Source: a virus. From it: a DNA stretch of 64,000 nucleotides. The first letter of the stretch is position 1. Every line of letters starts with the position of its first letter. Shown here piece after piece: positions 1 through 8,387 of this stretch. The notes beneath the pieces were generated by a model. That model was not told where the DNA came from. It saw only the letters and a program-made list of their open reading frames with translations, and ran no database searches. The stretch spans positions 96,001 through 160,000 of IMG/VR virus record IMGVR_UViG_3300045973_000529, one strand, 5' to 3'. A program made the translations under genes and the position numbers.

Positions 1-29
1 CACCTTCTTCAACTTCGATGAGGTACCCT

Positions 30-197
30 ATGTCCGCCGCCAGAACATCAACGATGGAGCTCGAGCTGCAACGCCTGGCCCTGGCCGCGGCAGTGGAACG
101 CCTCATCGCTACGCTCCCCGCCGAGTCGCTCGAAAAGCGCGACGCGATCAAGACCCTGGAGGCCAGCGGCTTCCAACCGAAGGAGACCCTGCAATGA
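30..197 (+). CDS. hypothetical protein, 55 aa
   Basis: Manual translation MSAARTSTMELELQRL...; stop overlaps next ATG (ATGA). Confidence 0.65.
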   Translation: MSAARTSTMELELQRLALAAAVERLIATLPAESLEKRDAIKTLEASGFQPKETLQ

Positions 198-463
198 ACC
201 TCAAGACCACCGCAGCGCTGATCTGCATTGCGCTCGCTGGCTGCGACGCACGGCTGACCGTCGAGTCGGACAGCGGCAAACCGGTCGAGGTCAAGATCGG
301 CTCGCAAGATGGCACCAAGACGACCATGTACATCTCCGAGATCTGCTACGACGGTGTTGTGTACCTCGTGACGCCGCAAGGTGGCATGGCTCCGAAGGTG
401 AACAAGGACGATGACGGCGCGATGATGGGCATCAGCAAGTCACCGTTCGTCAAGTGCCGCTGA
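194..463 (+). CDS. small lipoprotein
   Basis: Signal peptide with lipobox LAGC; AGGAG RBS. Confidence 0.75.
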   Translation: MNLKTTAALICIALAGCDARLTVESDSGKPVEVKIGSQDGTKTTMYISEICYDGVVYLVTPQGGMAPKVNKDDDGAMMGISKSPFVKCR

Positions 464-517
464 CCACGACGGCCACCCCTGCGACACCGAATCTGAACTT
501 CCAATAGGACATACACC

Positions 518-946
518 ATGGACTTCGAACGCTACAAGAACACCGCCGAGTACCCGTCCAAGGCGGCGTACACCACCACGTACTGGTACCGCGCCGGCAA
601 GACGGTTGCACAGCGCACCGGCAATGGCGAGATCGAGATCCTCGACTCCCGGGTCGGTGCTACTCATTCCTCTGACGGCATCGAACTCGGCGCCTGCGCC
701 AAGGAATCGGTGACTGACACGACCTCGTTCAACGCAGCGAAGCGCCTGTACAACGACGAGACCGGCCGCCTCACGAACATGTTCAAGCAGGACCTGTTCG
801 CCGAGCTCGGCATCGTCGGTCACCCGAAGGCCGAGAAGCTGTACTCCATCGCCTGGGACCGCGGCCATTCCGGCGGCCTGGCCGACGTCGAGTCCGTCGC
901 CTGGGACCTGCTGCCCCTGATCCAGGGCGACCCCTTCACCAGCTGA
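518..946 (+). CDS. conserved phage hypothetical protein
   Basis: AGGA RBS; C-terminal FKQDL..E.G...HPKA..LY..AW..GHS.G motif seen in phage hypotheticals. Confidence 0.7.
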   Translation: MDFERYKNTAEYPSKAAYTTTYWYRAGKTVAQRTGNGEIEILDSRVGATHSSDGIELGACAKESVTDTTSFNAAKRLYNDETGRLTNMFKQDLFAELGIVGHPKAEKLYSIAWDRGHSGGLADVESVAWDLLPLIQGDPFTS

Positions 947-991
947 TCGTTCGTGGTACGATCAGACAAAGCCACCACACCGGAGACCATC

Positions 992-1429
992 ATGACACAA
1001 CGCCTGCCCGCTGGCAAGTACTACATCGGCGATCCCTGCTACGTCTTCAACGACAAGACCTGGGATCATCTCAACGAGGTTCACTGGGACTCCATGTCCA
1101 CTGGCGAGATCTTCGAACACGGCGGTGGCCAAGTCTGGATGCACACCACCAAGTTCGGCGATGGCGTGTACGATGATCAGAACGGCACCGAGTACGGCGT
1201 CGACTCCGGTCTGATCGGCATCGTGCCGATCGCGCTGATCGAAGACCCGGCTGGCGAAGAGAACGGCACGATTCTCGAATTCGCGCGCGGTGTCACCGTG
1301 TCGTACGACAACGGCACGTTCTACATCGGGAACATCACGATCAAGACGAACAGCGACATCGATCTGGACTTCGACGAAGATGAAGTCGACGGCGGGTACG
1401 GCGATGCTGACAACGATCGCTTCATCTAA
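992..1429 (+). CDS. conserved viral hypothetical protein (YYIGDPCY family), acidic tail
   Basis: GGAG RBS before ATG 992; motifs GKYYIGDPCY, GDGVY.D, VDSGLIG. Confidence 0.75.
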   Translation: MTQRLPAGKYYIGDPCYVFNDKTWDHLNEVHWDSMSTGEIFEHGGGQVWMHTTKFGDGVYDDQNGTEYGVDSGLIGIVPIALIEDPAGEENGTILEFARGVTVSYDNGTFYIGNITIKTNSDIDLDFDEDEVDGGYGDADNDRFI

Positions 1430-1664
1430 GCTGGCGAATACAGCGCTGAACGCGCTGAGCATGCTGTCTGGTATGCTCGGCGCGGTGATGATGGCCGCGA
1501 ACGTTGGACATGCACCACTCGCATTCGGCCTGTTCCTGATCAGCTCGTCAACCTCAGTGATCTTGATGTGGGGCAACGCACAACAGCGCGGACTGCTGGC
1601 GACGCAGATCTTCTTCGTAGGGGTGAACGTCTTCGGGTTGCTGCGCTGGAGCAATGTGCTTTGA
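1404..1664 (+). CDS. small 3-TM membrane protein, half-PnuC-like
   Basis: Three hydrophobic segments, C-terminal VNVFGLLRW; start re-assigned to ATG 1404. Confidence 0.55.
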   Translation: MLTTIASSKLANTALNALSMLSGMLGAVMMAANVGHAPLAFGLFLISSSTSVILMWGNAQQRGLLATQIFFVGVNVFGLLRWSNVL

Positions 1665-1680
1665 CCACCCGGGCACCGGG

Positions 1681-1686
1681 TAAATA
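1681..1686 (+). promoter_or_regulatory. late promoter TAAATA
   Basis: GTAAATAG in intergenic gap, 10 nt before ATG 1697. Confidence 0.65.
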
Positions 1687-1696
1687 GCTCCAAATC

Positions 1697-2116
1697 ATGG
1701 AGCTTACCTTGGCAGATCAACAACTGGTGCTTGCGAAAGCCATCGACGGCGCCGTGCTGCTGGACCAACAGCTGAACAAGCTGTTGGATCTGTTCGACTT
1801 CTACGTCGAGCGCTATCCAGCTGACACCCCCTCTGAGCGTCTCGAGCTCACTGATCTATCCGTCTCCATCAAGGAGCTCGGCACCCTGCCACGAGTCGTG
1901 GCCCTCAATCTCCATGCTTGGCGCCACGGCACTCCGCCAGTCCTCAGCCGTCAGGGCTTCGAGGAACACGCCCTCGGAGAGCTCGAGCTGCATCTCTTCG
2001 CGCTGCATTCGTTCTTCGAACGCAAGGGACTCGACACCTCAGCATACAGTCCAATCTTGGTGAACGATTCAATGGACGCTCTGCGCCTGGCGAACAAGCT
2101 GCTCTGCCCGGCCTGA
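1697..2116 (+). CDS. hypothetical helical protein, probably late
   Basis: 139-aa ORF directly after TAAATA. Confidence 0.7.
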   Translation: MELTLADQQLVLAKAIDGAVLLDQQLNKLLDLFDFYVERYPADTPSERLELTDLSVSIKELGTLPRVVALNLHAWRHGTPPVLSRQGFEEHALGELELHLFALHSFFERKGLDTSAYSPILVNDSMDALRLANKLLCPA

Positions 2117-2180
2117 CCCACGAGTGGTGCCTGAAGCACCTTGCAGTGTGAGACAATAGACTCACAATCGGAGACCTTCT

Positions 2181-2711
2181 ATGCGACTGCTGGCGTTCCT
2201 CGTGGCCTTAGTGACGTTCAGCGTCCAAGCCCAATCTGTCCCTCAAGCTTGGGAAGAGCTTCGGCCAGGCGGTCCAGTCGAGATCTACTCGGTTGACACG
2301 GATCAGCCTACCCCGTTCCTGACGGGGTACATCCCTGAGACGAGAACCTGCCATCTGCTCGTGAACAACGCGGCAATTCAGCCGACTGAGCTCGAGTACC
2401 GCATCCAGGTCGCGCATGAAGCTGGGCACTGCGTTGCACTGCGAACCGGCAAGCAGACCCTCGGCGATCTTGGCATCAGCAACCGACGGTACGGCGAAAC
2501 GTTTGGCGACATCTACGCGCTCGCTTGGGTGTTCGTGAATGAGCCGCAGAATCTTGATGAAGCATTCCGGCTGCTGTCTGAGACTCGCAAGCGCGATCTG
2601 CGACAGGACCGAGCATACGACACCCTTCGTGGTATGAACCTCGCGTACCGGTTGCTCAAGTCTTCGACCACTGGTGATCCAGCAACCTTTACCCTGAAGC
2701 TTTATGAGTGA
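2181..2711 (+). CDS. secreted putative zinc metallopeptidase (HExxH)
   Basis: Signal peptide ending VQA; AHEAGH motif; downstream E..GD.YA. Confidence 0.65.
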   Translation: MRLLAFLVALVTFSVQAQSVPQAWEELRPGGPVEIYSVDTDQPTPFLTGYIPETRTCHLLVNNAAIQPTELEYRIQVAHEAGHCVALRTGKQTLGDLGISNRRYGETFGDIYALAWVFVNEPQNLDEAFRLLSETRKRDLRQDRAYDTLRGMNLAYRLLKSSTTGDPATFTLKLYE

Positions 2712-2898
2712 CATCTGTGTGTACATGGAGCAGCTTCCTTGGAAGGAAGCGATGCAGAAGATCAAGGCCCTGAAGGTCAAGAAGCATGCGAAGCTCGGGT
2801 TCTGGTACAAGCTGCTTGAGCTCGAGACAGGCGGCACCGGGCAAGTGGTTCTCTCAATCTACAGGCCGCCGTATCGTGTTGTCAAAGAAAACCGCTAA
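2704..2898 (+). CDS. hypothetical protein
   Basis: Overlap-coupled ORF, 64 aa. Confidence 0.55.
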   Translation: MSDICVYMEQLPWKEAMQKIKALKVKKHAKLGFWYKLLELETGGTGQVVLSIYRPPYRVVKENR

Positions 2899-3094
2899 GA
2901 AGGTCATCGAGTACTCGGCGGCTGCATTCCTGCAGACGTTGATCTTGGTGTGCATCTTCCCCGAGTTCCGCGCTCCGCTCGCGGCGCTGATCGCCACGGT
3001 GACGCTCGTGACTGCGGTGGTGCTGACTGTCGAGCACTTCTACGACGGTAACGATCCTGAGAAGGACCCGCCCAACGATAAGCGGAAACGCTAA
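2879..3094 (+). CDS. 2-TM membrane protein
   Basis: Two hydrophobic helices; likely TTG start at 2879. Confidence 0.55.
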   Translation: MSKKTAKKVIEYSAAAFLQTLILVCIFPEFRAPLAALIATVTLVTAVVLTVEHFYDGNDPEKDPPNDKRKR

Positions 3095-3171
3095 AATAGA
3101 CATGTTGCTGATGAGGCGACGTTCCTAAGTCCTGCGACGAGCAGGCCACCTTCAACCACTCGGAGAACGAG

Positions 3172-4047
3172 ATGTCACAAACCGACAAGACCACGCTTGG
3201 CGACCGCATGAAGTCGTATGAGCAACCCACCACCTCGCGCAAGGCCTTCAAGGGCCAGCCGATCATCGCTCGCCTCGATGGCAAGAGCTTCCACACCTTC
3301 TGCAAGGGCCTCAAGCGCCCGTTCGACGAGCGGCTGTCGCAGCTGATGGTGATCGTCATGAAGGAACTCGTTGATCGGTACCAAGCCGTCGTTGGGTACA
3401 CGCAGTCCGACGAGATCACGCTCATGTGGTACACCGCGGCCGACTCGCAGCAGGACTACCCGTTCGACGGCCGGATCCAGAAGCTTGAGAGCCTGCTCGC
3501 TGCGTTCGCCACGGCCGTGTTCAACAAGCACCTCGCCGAGTTCCTTCCCGAGAAGGCGGACCTCCTGCCGATCTTCGACTGCCGCGCCTTCGTCGTGCCA
3601 AACAAGCAAGAAGCCTATCACGCCTTCCTGTGGCGTCAGCAGGACGCGACCAAGAACGCCATCAGCATGGCAGCCCAATCGATGTTCACGCACAAGTCAC
3701 TGCAGGGCCTGCACGGCCCTGAGATGCAGGAAAAGATGTGGAAGGAAAAGGGCGTGAACTTCAACGACTACCCGCCGTTCTTCAAGCGCGGAACTTTCGC
3801 TCGTCGTGCCAAGGTCCGTCGTCAGATGACGGACATGGATTTCGAACGCATCCCCGAGAGCTACCGTCCGGCTGATGGCATGATCGAGCGGACCGAGATC
3901 CAGGCCTTCGACTGCTGGCTGTCACGCGAAGAAGATCCAGTGGCTGTGCTGTTCGATGGCCAGACCCCTGGCATCGAGAAGAAGGCTTGGGTGCCTGGAA
4001 CTGGCAACTTCGCTGACTCTCGCGAGTCGTACCTGAACCACTCCTGA
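3172..4047 (+). CDS. thg1: tRNA(His) guanylyltransferase / Thg1-like 3'-5' polymerase
   Basis: Motifs DRMKSYE, IIARLDGKSFHTF, YTQSDEI, FDGRIQKLES, FDCRAF, WRQQDATKNAI. Confidence 0.95.
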   Translation: MSQTDKTTLGDRMKSYEQPTTSRKAFKGQPIIARLDGKSFHTFCKGLKRPFDERLSQLMVIVMKELVDRYQAVVGYTQSDEITLMWYTAADSQQDYPFDGRIQKLESLLAAFATAVFNKHLAEFLPEKADLLPIFDCRAFVVPNKQEAYHAFLWRQQDATKNAISMAAQSMFTHKSLQGLHGPEMQEKMWKEKGVNFNDYPPFFKRGTFARRAKVRRQMTDMDFERIPESYRPADGMIERTEIQAFDCWLSREEDPVAVLFDGQTPGIEKKAWVPGTGNFADSRESYLNHS

Positions 4048-4057
4048 AAGAGACCCC

Positions 4058-4267
4058 ATGATTCCGAAACCTTTCGCCCTGACCTGGGAAGAACAGTCAA
4101 ACCTCGCGCACTTCCTTGAGGGTCCGGCGAAGAAGATGCTGGACAAGGGCGCTCAATGGGCGCTTGTCTTCAGCGCTGGTTCTGGTATCGGGACCTCCGT
4201 CACCGTGACTGCGAAGCTCGGTGACGAGATCTTCAGTGAAGACATCACTGACTACAGCGACTGGTGA
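4058..4267 (+). CDS. conserved phage hypothetical protein
   Basis: SGIG.SV.V...EDITDYSDW C-terminal motif; GAAAG RBS. Confidence 0.75.
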   Translation: MIPKPFALTWEEQSNLAHFLEGPAKKMLDKGAQWALVFSAGSGIGTSVTVTAKLGDEIFSEDITDYSDW

Positions 4268-4269
4268 CC

Positions 4270-4312
4270 GTTACACTTCTCTGGTGTTCTGATCCCGAGG
4301 TTGTGTTATGAT
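4270..4312 (+). promoter_or_regulatory. early-type promoter GTTACA-N8-GTGTTC-N17-TATGAT
   Basis: 18-nt exact match (GTTACACTTCTCTGGTGT) to the minus-strand promoter at 51709-51751. Confidence 0.75.
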
Positions 4313-4338
4313 GCCATCATACCAACCTCGGAGCCATT

Positions 4339-4539
4339 ATGCGCTACGACAAAGTGAACCCCTTCGAACTCGGCCGTCAGCACGCGCAAGAGTGGCTCGA
4401 CGCCGGCAAGCCGCGGGTCGGCGCAAGCCGGAATCCGTTCCAACAGCCCACCGGCAAGTGGTGCGAGTACAACAAGGGCTACAACCGCACGGCCCTGCCC
4501 GAGTACTACGCGCCGAAGAAGGAGCTGGTATGCGCGTGA
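4339..4539 (+). CDS. hypothetical protein
   Basis: GGAG RBS; EYNKGYN motif. Confidence 0.7.
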   Translation: MRYDKVNPFELGRQHAQEWLDAGKPRVGASRNPFQQPTGKWCEYNKGYNRTALPEYYAPKKELVCA

Positions 4540-4616
4540 TCCTCATCGAGCTGGAAATCATCTGGCTCGACTTCCGAATCCTTGTTCTCGACACACTGGA
4601 GTTCCTCCTATCATGA
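4530..4616 (+). CDS. 28-aa hydrophobic microprotein
   Basis: AAGGAG RBS; MRVILIELEIIWLDFRILVLDTLEFLLS; fills gap with overlaps at both ends. Confidence 0.55.
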   Translation: MRVILIELEIIWLDFRILVLDTLEFLLS

Positions 4617-4834
4617 GTGCACCTGACAAAGACCTGAACGCCTGGATCGCCGATTACCTGAAGCCCAAGGCCCGCCCTGTGCCGAAGGCGCTGGCTGTCG
4701 TGGCACCTCCGATCCCGGCCGCCGAGGTTGTGAACGAACCCGAAGTCAAGCGTTCGCCGAATGACCTGCGCGGACTGCATGTCCGCGAGCTCACCTGGGA
4801 ACAAGCCATGGCCCTTCAAACGAGAGCAAAGTAA
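4613..4834 (+). CDS. hypothetical protein
   Basis: ATGA coupling. Confidence 0.6.
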   Translation: MSAPDKDLNAWIADYLKPKARPVPKALAVVAPPIPAAEVVNEPEVKRSPNDLRGLHVRELTWEQAMALQTRAK

Positions 4835-5085
4835 TGAGCTTCATGTCCTTCATCCGCAGCCTGCCGTTCGGCGCCGTCAGCGAACCGCATCTCGTCATGA
4901 CCGTGCACTTCACCGGTGGCAGCACAGTGCGCCTACTCGGCGTGAAGAGCGTCGAGACGGCGAAGACTGCAGCTGGTGGCTTCGCCAGCTACAAGATCGA
5001 GTGGCATGACGGCTACAAGCCGCCGCTGGTCTCCTTCGCGCTCGATCACATCACGGCGATCATCGTCGAAAGGGCACACCTGTGA
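4834..5085 (+). CDS. hypothetical protein
   Basis: TAATG coupling. Confidence 0.65.
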   Translation: MSFMSFIRSLPFGAVSEPHLVMTVHFTGGSTVRLLGVKSVETAKTAAGGFASYKIEWHDGYKPPLVSFALDHITAIIVERAHL

Positions 5086-5255
5086 TCGGCCACCCTGCAA
5101 TCGATCTGCTGTTCCTCGTCACCTCGGTGGCGACGGCTGCCTGGCATCTCGGCTCTGGTGTTCGCTGGAACGAACCGCGCGTTCTCATCGAGCTTGCCTT
5201 TACGGCGGCGTTTTTGTCGATGGTCGCCAAGGACCTTGGCCTGATTGGTGCCTGA
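5082..5255 (+). CDS. small 2-TM membrane protein, 57 aa
   Basis: GTGA coupling; manual translation MIGHPAIDLLFLVTSVATAAWHLG... Confidence 0.55.
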   Translation: MIGHPAIDLLFLVTSVATAAWHLGSGVRWNEPRVLIELAFTAAFLSMVAKDLGLIGA

Positions 5256-5291
5256 AGACACCGAATCAGACGGACATAGAACCAATCAATC

Positions 5292-5311
5292 GAGGGACCC
5301 TAGGGTCCCTC
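5292..5311. terminator. perfect 20-bp palindrome between convergent genes, probable bidirectional terminator
   Basis: GAGGGACCCTAGGGTCCCTC. Confidence 0.6.
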
Positions 5312-5343
5312 GGCTGTTTCTGGTGGACCAGAACGGTATCCGG

Positions 5344-6666
5344 TCAGTGGTACTGCACCGTCTTGGCGACAGCATCAGTCGCCTTCGCGTAGGCTTCCTT
5401 GTCTGGATCAGCCTTCATTCTGCCGCCCTTGATGTCCCAAGTCTTCACGAGCTTGATCTGTGAAGCAGGCACCGTGCCAGGGTATGCGGTGACCCCATCC
5501 GTCTTCAGCGATTTCGTGGCGTTCGCCTGGATGAAGGTGTTCATAATGGCAACGTACAGCTCCTTCTCGAGCTCCACAATGTTCTTGCTGGTGTAGCCGT
5601 ACTTCTTCAGCACTGTGCGAGCATGCACCCGGAACTCGTTGCCGCGATCGTCATCATCAAACAACCACGACAGCCCGTACCTCTGAGTGCTGTGGTGCAT
5701 GTTCTTGATGTGCACATCAAAGCCATCCTTCACACGCTCTGGCGACCAGATCTGACTGAGCATCGGGTACTTCGCCAACAGGGCCCGGCGGTACTTCTCA
5801 CCGAGGTACTTGAACCAGTGCATCGTGTCCTCATCGGGCAGAAGCTTCATCACCATCATCGGAGTCAACGTCACCTCGAGCACCGCAGCTTCAGAGCCGT
5901 CATTGACAGCTTCACGGGTCGCGTAGTTCGCGGCTTCGGCTGCGCTTGAGGCTAGGTACACATTCTTCTGTGAATACCCGTTGATCATGTCGCTGTAGAC
6001 TGAACCACGTTGACTTGGGCGCAAGCCTGTCTTCAGCACAGCGCCGGCACGGCGCATGGACGTGCCATGGAACAGCGTCAGGCTCTGGACCTTGCCGGTG
6101 AATGCACGACGGTGGTCGTACTTTTCAGCTCCACCATCGATCACCTCTTGCACCGTCATGCCGCGCACACGGTCATCACCCTTGATTTGGTAGTCGGCAG
6201 TCGCTGGCTTCACCTTCACAAGCGCCATCAGACACTTCTGCATGTCGACGATGCGCTTGAAGGAGACCTCACCGCCGAGAATTGGCACCTCTTTGGCGCG
6301 ATCACGCTTATCGTGACTCTTCGGGTCGTCCATCTTGATGTCTTTGCGTCGATTGCTGGTGCCAGTGATTTTCGACATGTCGAAGTGCACGACGCCAGAC
6401 TCCACATAGAACAAAGCAGATGAGTTCGGCTTATCGTAGTCGGCAGCCATTGCAGCGCTGACTTTCCGTTGGGCCGTTTTGTTTTCTTTGGAGGTGTAAT
6501 CATCGCTGTCCGGATCACCACCAAAGAATTTGAACAGATCACGATCGCGGCTGTTCGAGTACTTCGGGTAGAAGTTGATCTTCGGCATGCGGTACATCAC
6601 CCAGAACGCATCCTCGCTCTTGGCGATCTTCTTGTTCTTGCCTACGATGATTTCAAGGAGTAGCAT
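5344..6666 (-). CDS. ADP-ribosyltransferase-fold protein (Tpt1/KptA- or Arr-like), probable internal virion protein
   Basis: FHGT...VLKTGLRP...NVYLASS...AANYA...VLEV...PDED motif order of the HGT-type ART clade; in a late operon. Confidence 0.7.
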   Translation of the reverse strand: MLLLEIIVGKNKKIAKSEDAFWVMYRMPKINFYPKYSNSRDRDLFKFFGGDPDSDDYTSKENKTAQRKVSAAMAADYDKPNSSALFYVESGVVHFDMSKITGTSNRRKDIKMDDPKSHDKRDRAKEVPILGGEVSFKRIVDMQKCLMALVKVKPATADYQIKGDDRVRGMTVQEVIDGGAEKYDHRRAFTGKVQSLTLFHGTSMRRAGAVLKTGLRPSQRGSVYSDMINGYSQKNVYLASSAAEAANYATREAVNDGSEAAVLEVTLTPMMVMKLLPDEDTMHWFKYLGEKYRRALLAKYPMLSQIWSPERVKDGFDVHIKNMHHSTQRYGLSWLFDDDDRGNEFRVHARTVLKKYGYTSKNIVELEKELYVAIMNTFIQANATKSLKTDGVTAYPGTVPASQIKLVKTWDIKGGRMKADPDKEAYAKATDAVAKTVQYH

Positions 6667-7127
6667 TATCGCAACCTAAATGAGAACGCACCAGGATCCA
6701 AGTTCTTCTTCTCTTGCTTGAGAATGTATCGGAACTGGGTCTCAGGACCAGCTGGATGCGATGTACCCTCATACCGACTGGCCACCTTGTCAACGACACG
6801 CTTGTAGATCTTTGCACGTGTCTCCGTCTCGGCAGTGAACTCGAACTCAGCTGGCGCATAACGTTGTAGGAACTCTGTGAAAGAGTCGCGCACAAAAGCA
6901 CCCACCTGTAGAGCTGATCCGGAGCCAGTAGCTCCGTACGTCTTTGTGTCCTTGGACACCATCTCACCGAAGTCGATGTGCCAGAGATTGTCGCCGTGGT
7001 ACGATGCGTCGAACACAACCTTCCGGTCGCCAACCACCGCCTCGGTGCTGAATCGGTGAGACTTCTCTTTGGTGACGTGGTATTTGACCTTGCTGTCAAG
7101 CGCCTCGAGCAGTTCAGCGACTTGCAT
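6666..7127 (-). CDS. hypothetical protein, probable internal virion protein
   Basis: N-terminus MQVAELLE; TGSGSALQV..FV..F....F.A....R.KIY pattern. Confidence 0.7.
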   Translation of the reverse strand: MQVAELLEALDSKVKYHVTKEKSHRFSTEAVVGDRKVVFDASYHGDNLWHIDFGEMVSKDTKTYGATGSGSALQVGAFVRDSFTEFLQRYAPAEFEFTAETETRAKIYKRVVDKVASRYEGTSHPAGPETQFRYILKQEKKNLDPGAFSFRLR

Positions 7128-7486
7128 CAGCGCCCCGACATACTCGACATACTCGGCATCTTGGCCATGCGAGCGCCTGATTTGTTCGCTTCGCGATCGC
7201 GATCGTACGGACCATGCTTCTCATCGTCATCGTCCCGCAGCGACGGCATCTTTTCGGTCGCTTTGTCCAGCCAGCCATCAAGCTCGGCCGCCTTCTGCGT
7301 CGCAAGCTTGTCACGACGGTTCTTAAGCTTGTCACGCTCAGCCTTAATCTTGTCGATCTTGGCCTTGTTGTCAGGACCCTTGAGCCAGCCGAAGCCTGGG
7401 ACGTCAGACAGCCCTTCTTCGATCGCTTGAAACTCTTCATCGCTCAGCCCGGTGGCCTGAACAAACTGCTTGAAAGTGATAGTCAT
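7127..7486 (-). CDS. charged protein with T4 capsid-targeting-like N-terminus
   Basis: Start re-assigned to 7486 (MTITFKQFVQ...AIEE), just below TAAATA. Confidence 0.7.
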   Translation of the reverse strand: MTITFKQFVQATGLSDEEFQAIEEGLSDVPGFGWLKGPDNKAKIDKIKAERDKLKNRRDKLATQKAAELDGWLDKATEKMPSLRDDDDEKHGPYDRDREANKSGARMAKMPSMSSMSGR

Positions 7487-7512
7487 ACCCGATCCTGGGT
7501 GAAGTTCAGACC

Positions 7513-7518
7513 TATTTA
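7513..7518 (-). promoter_or_regulatory. late promoter TAAATA
   Basis: CTAAATAG on minus strand, 26 nt before ATG 7486. Confidence 0.75.
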
Positions 7519-7557
7519 GCCTCGTCCCAACACCAGCATACATAGAGAGCACTGCAC

Positions 7558-7565
7558 GTTACAAT
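7558..7565 (+). promoter_or_regulatory. -10 element GTTACAAT, leaderless-type
   Basis: TACAAT ends 7 nt before ATG 7573; no SD between. Confidence 0.6.
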
Positions 7566-7572
7566 TGCCACT

Positions 7573-8061
7573 ATGAACTACATCTCAACACTCGAAGTCG
7601 CGACCCGCTATGTGCTGGGCTTCGCCTTTACCCCGTCCCGCAAGGGCGTGATCTTGATCAAGAAGAAGCGGCCAAACTGGCAAGCTGGGAAGCTGAACGG
7701 CCCTGGTGGCAAGATCGAAGCTGGTGAAACCCCTGAGCAAGCGATGATTCGCGAGTTCAAGGAGGAGACCGGCATCGACACCGAGCTTGGCCAGTGGTCT
7801 GGCTTCGGCACGCACGTTCGACCGTCTGGCGATGAGCGTAGCTACTCGCTCGACATGTTCTCGACGGTGCTGACCCTACAGCAGTGCCAACAGCTCGACA
7901 TGCCGACCGATGAAGAGCCTTGCTGGCGCTCGATCGAAGGTATGAACTTCATGGATGAAGCGTACGTGGATGGCACGGTGATGTACATCGCGATGGCGGT
8001 GAATCACATGGGTCGCCCGTTCTTCACCACAACGCTCGAAATCGACGAGGAGCCAGTATGA
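7573..8061 (+). CDS. Nudix hydrolase (MutT-like)
   Basis: Nudix box GGKIEAGETPEQAMIREFKEETG. Confidence 0.92.
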   Translation: MNYISTLEVATRYVLGFAFTPSRKGVILIKKKRPNWQAGKLNGPGGKIEAGETPEQAMIREFKEETGIDTELGQWSGFGTHVRPSGDERSYSLDMFSTVLTLQQCQQLDMPTDEEPCWRSIEGMNFMDEAYVDGTVMYIAMAVNHMGRPFFTTTLEIDEEPV

Positions 8062-8387
8062 GGAACTTCGTGTTGGTCACTGCCACGGCGTCTGATCGAA
8101 TGGGCAAAACCACCTCGGGCTCAGGCATCAAGAAGCTCAAGCGTGGCCTGGCTCTCGAGCAGTTCGCAACGGCGTATCTCAGCACAGTGTTCGACACCAG
8201 CACGTACTGGGAGTTCCTCGAGCGTGACAAGTCGTGGGTCGCCATCCGGACGCTGCCTGACATGGTGTACACCTGGACATTCACCCAGTACCCGGAGCCG
8301 GAGCTGCTGTCAGCCGTCAGTCATCTGACTCGCGATGAGCTCTTCCGTGACCTCAAGGAACTTCTTCCTTTGAAAGCTGGCGTATGA
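8058..8387 (+). CDS. hypothetical protein
   Basis: ATGA coupling, GAGGAG RBS. Confidence 0.7.
   Translation: MRNFVLVTATASDRMGKTTSGSGIKKLKRGLALEQFATAYLSTVFDTSTYWEFLERDKSWVAIRTLPDMVYTWTFTQYPEPELLSAVSHLTRDELFRDLKELLPLKAGV

Noticed and set aside
3092-3098. TAAAATAG before thg1 as a late promoter
   Set aside because: Has an extra A relative to the otherwise invariant TAAATA and is formed by a stop codon
3083-3150. CTGATGAG near GAAA resembling a hammerhead ribozyme core
   Set aside because: The required C-GAAA pairing and stems I-III cannot be formed in any permutation
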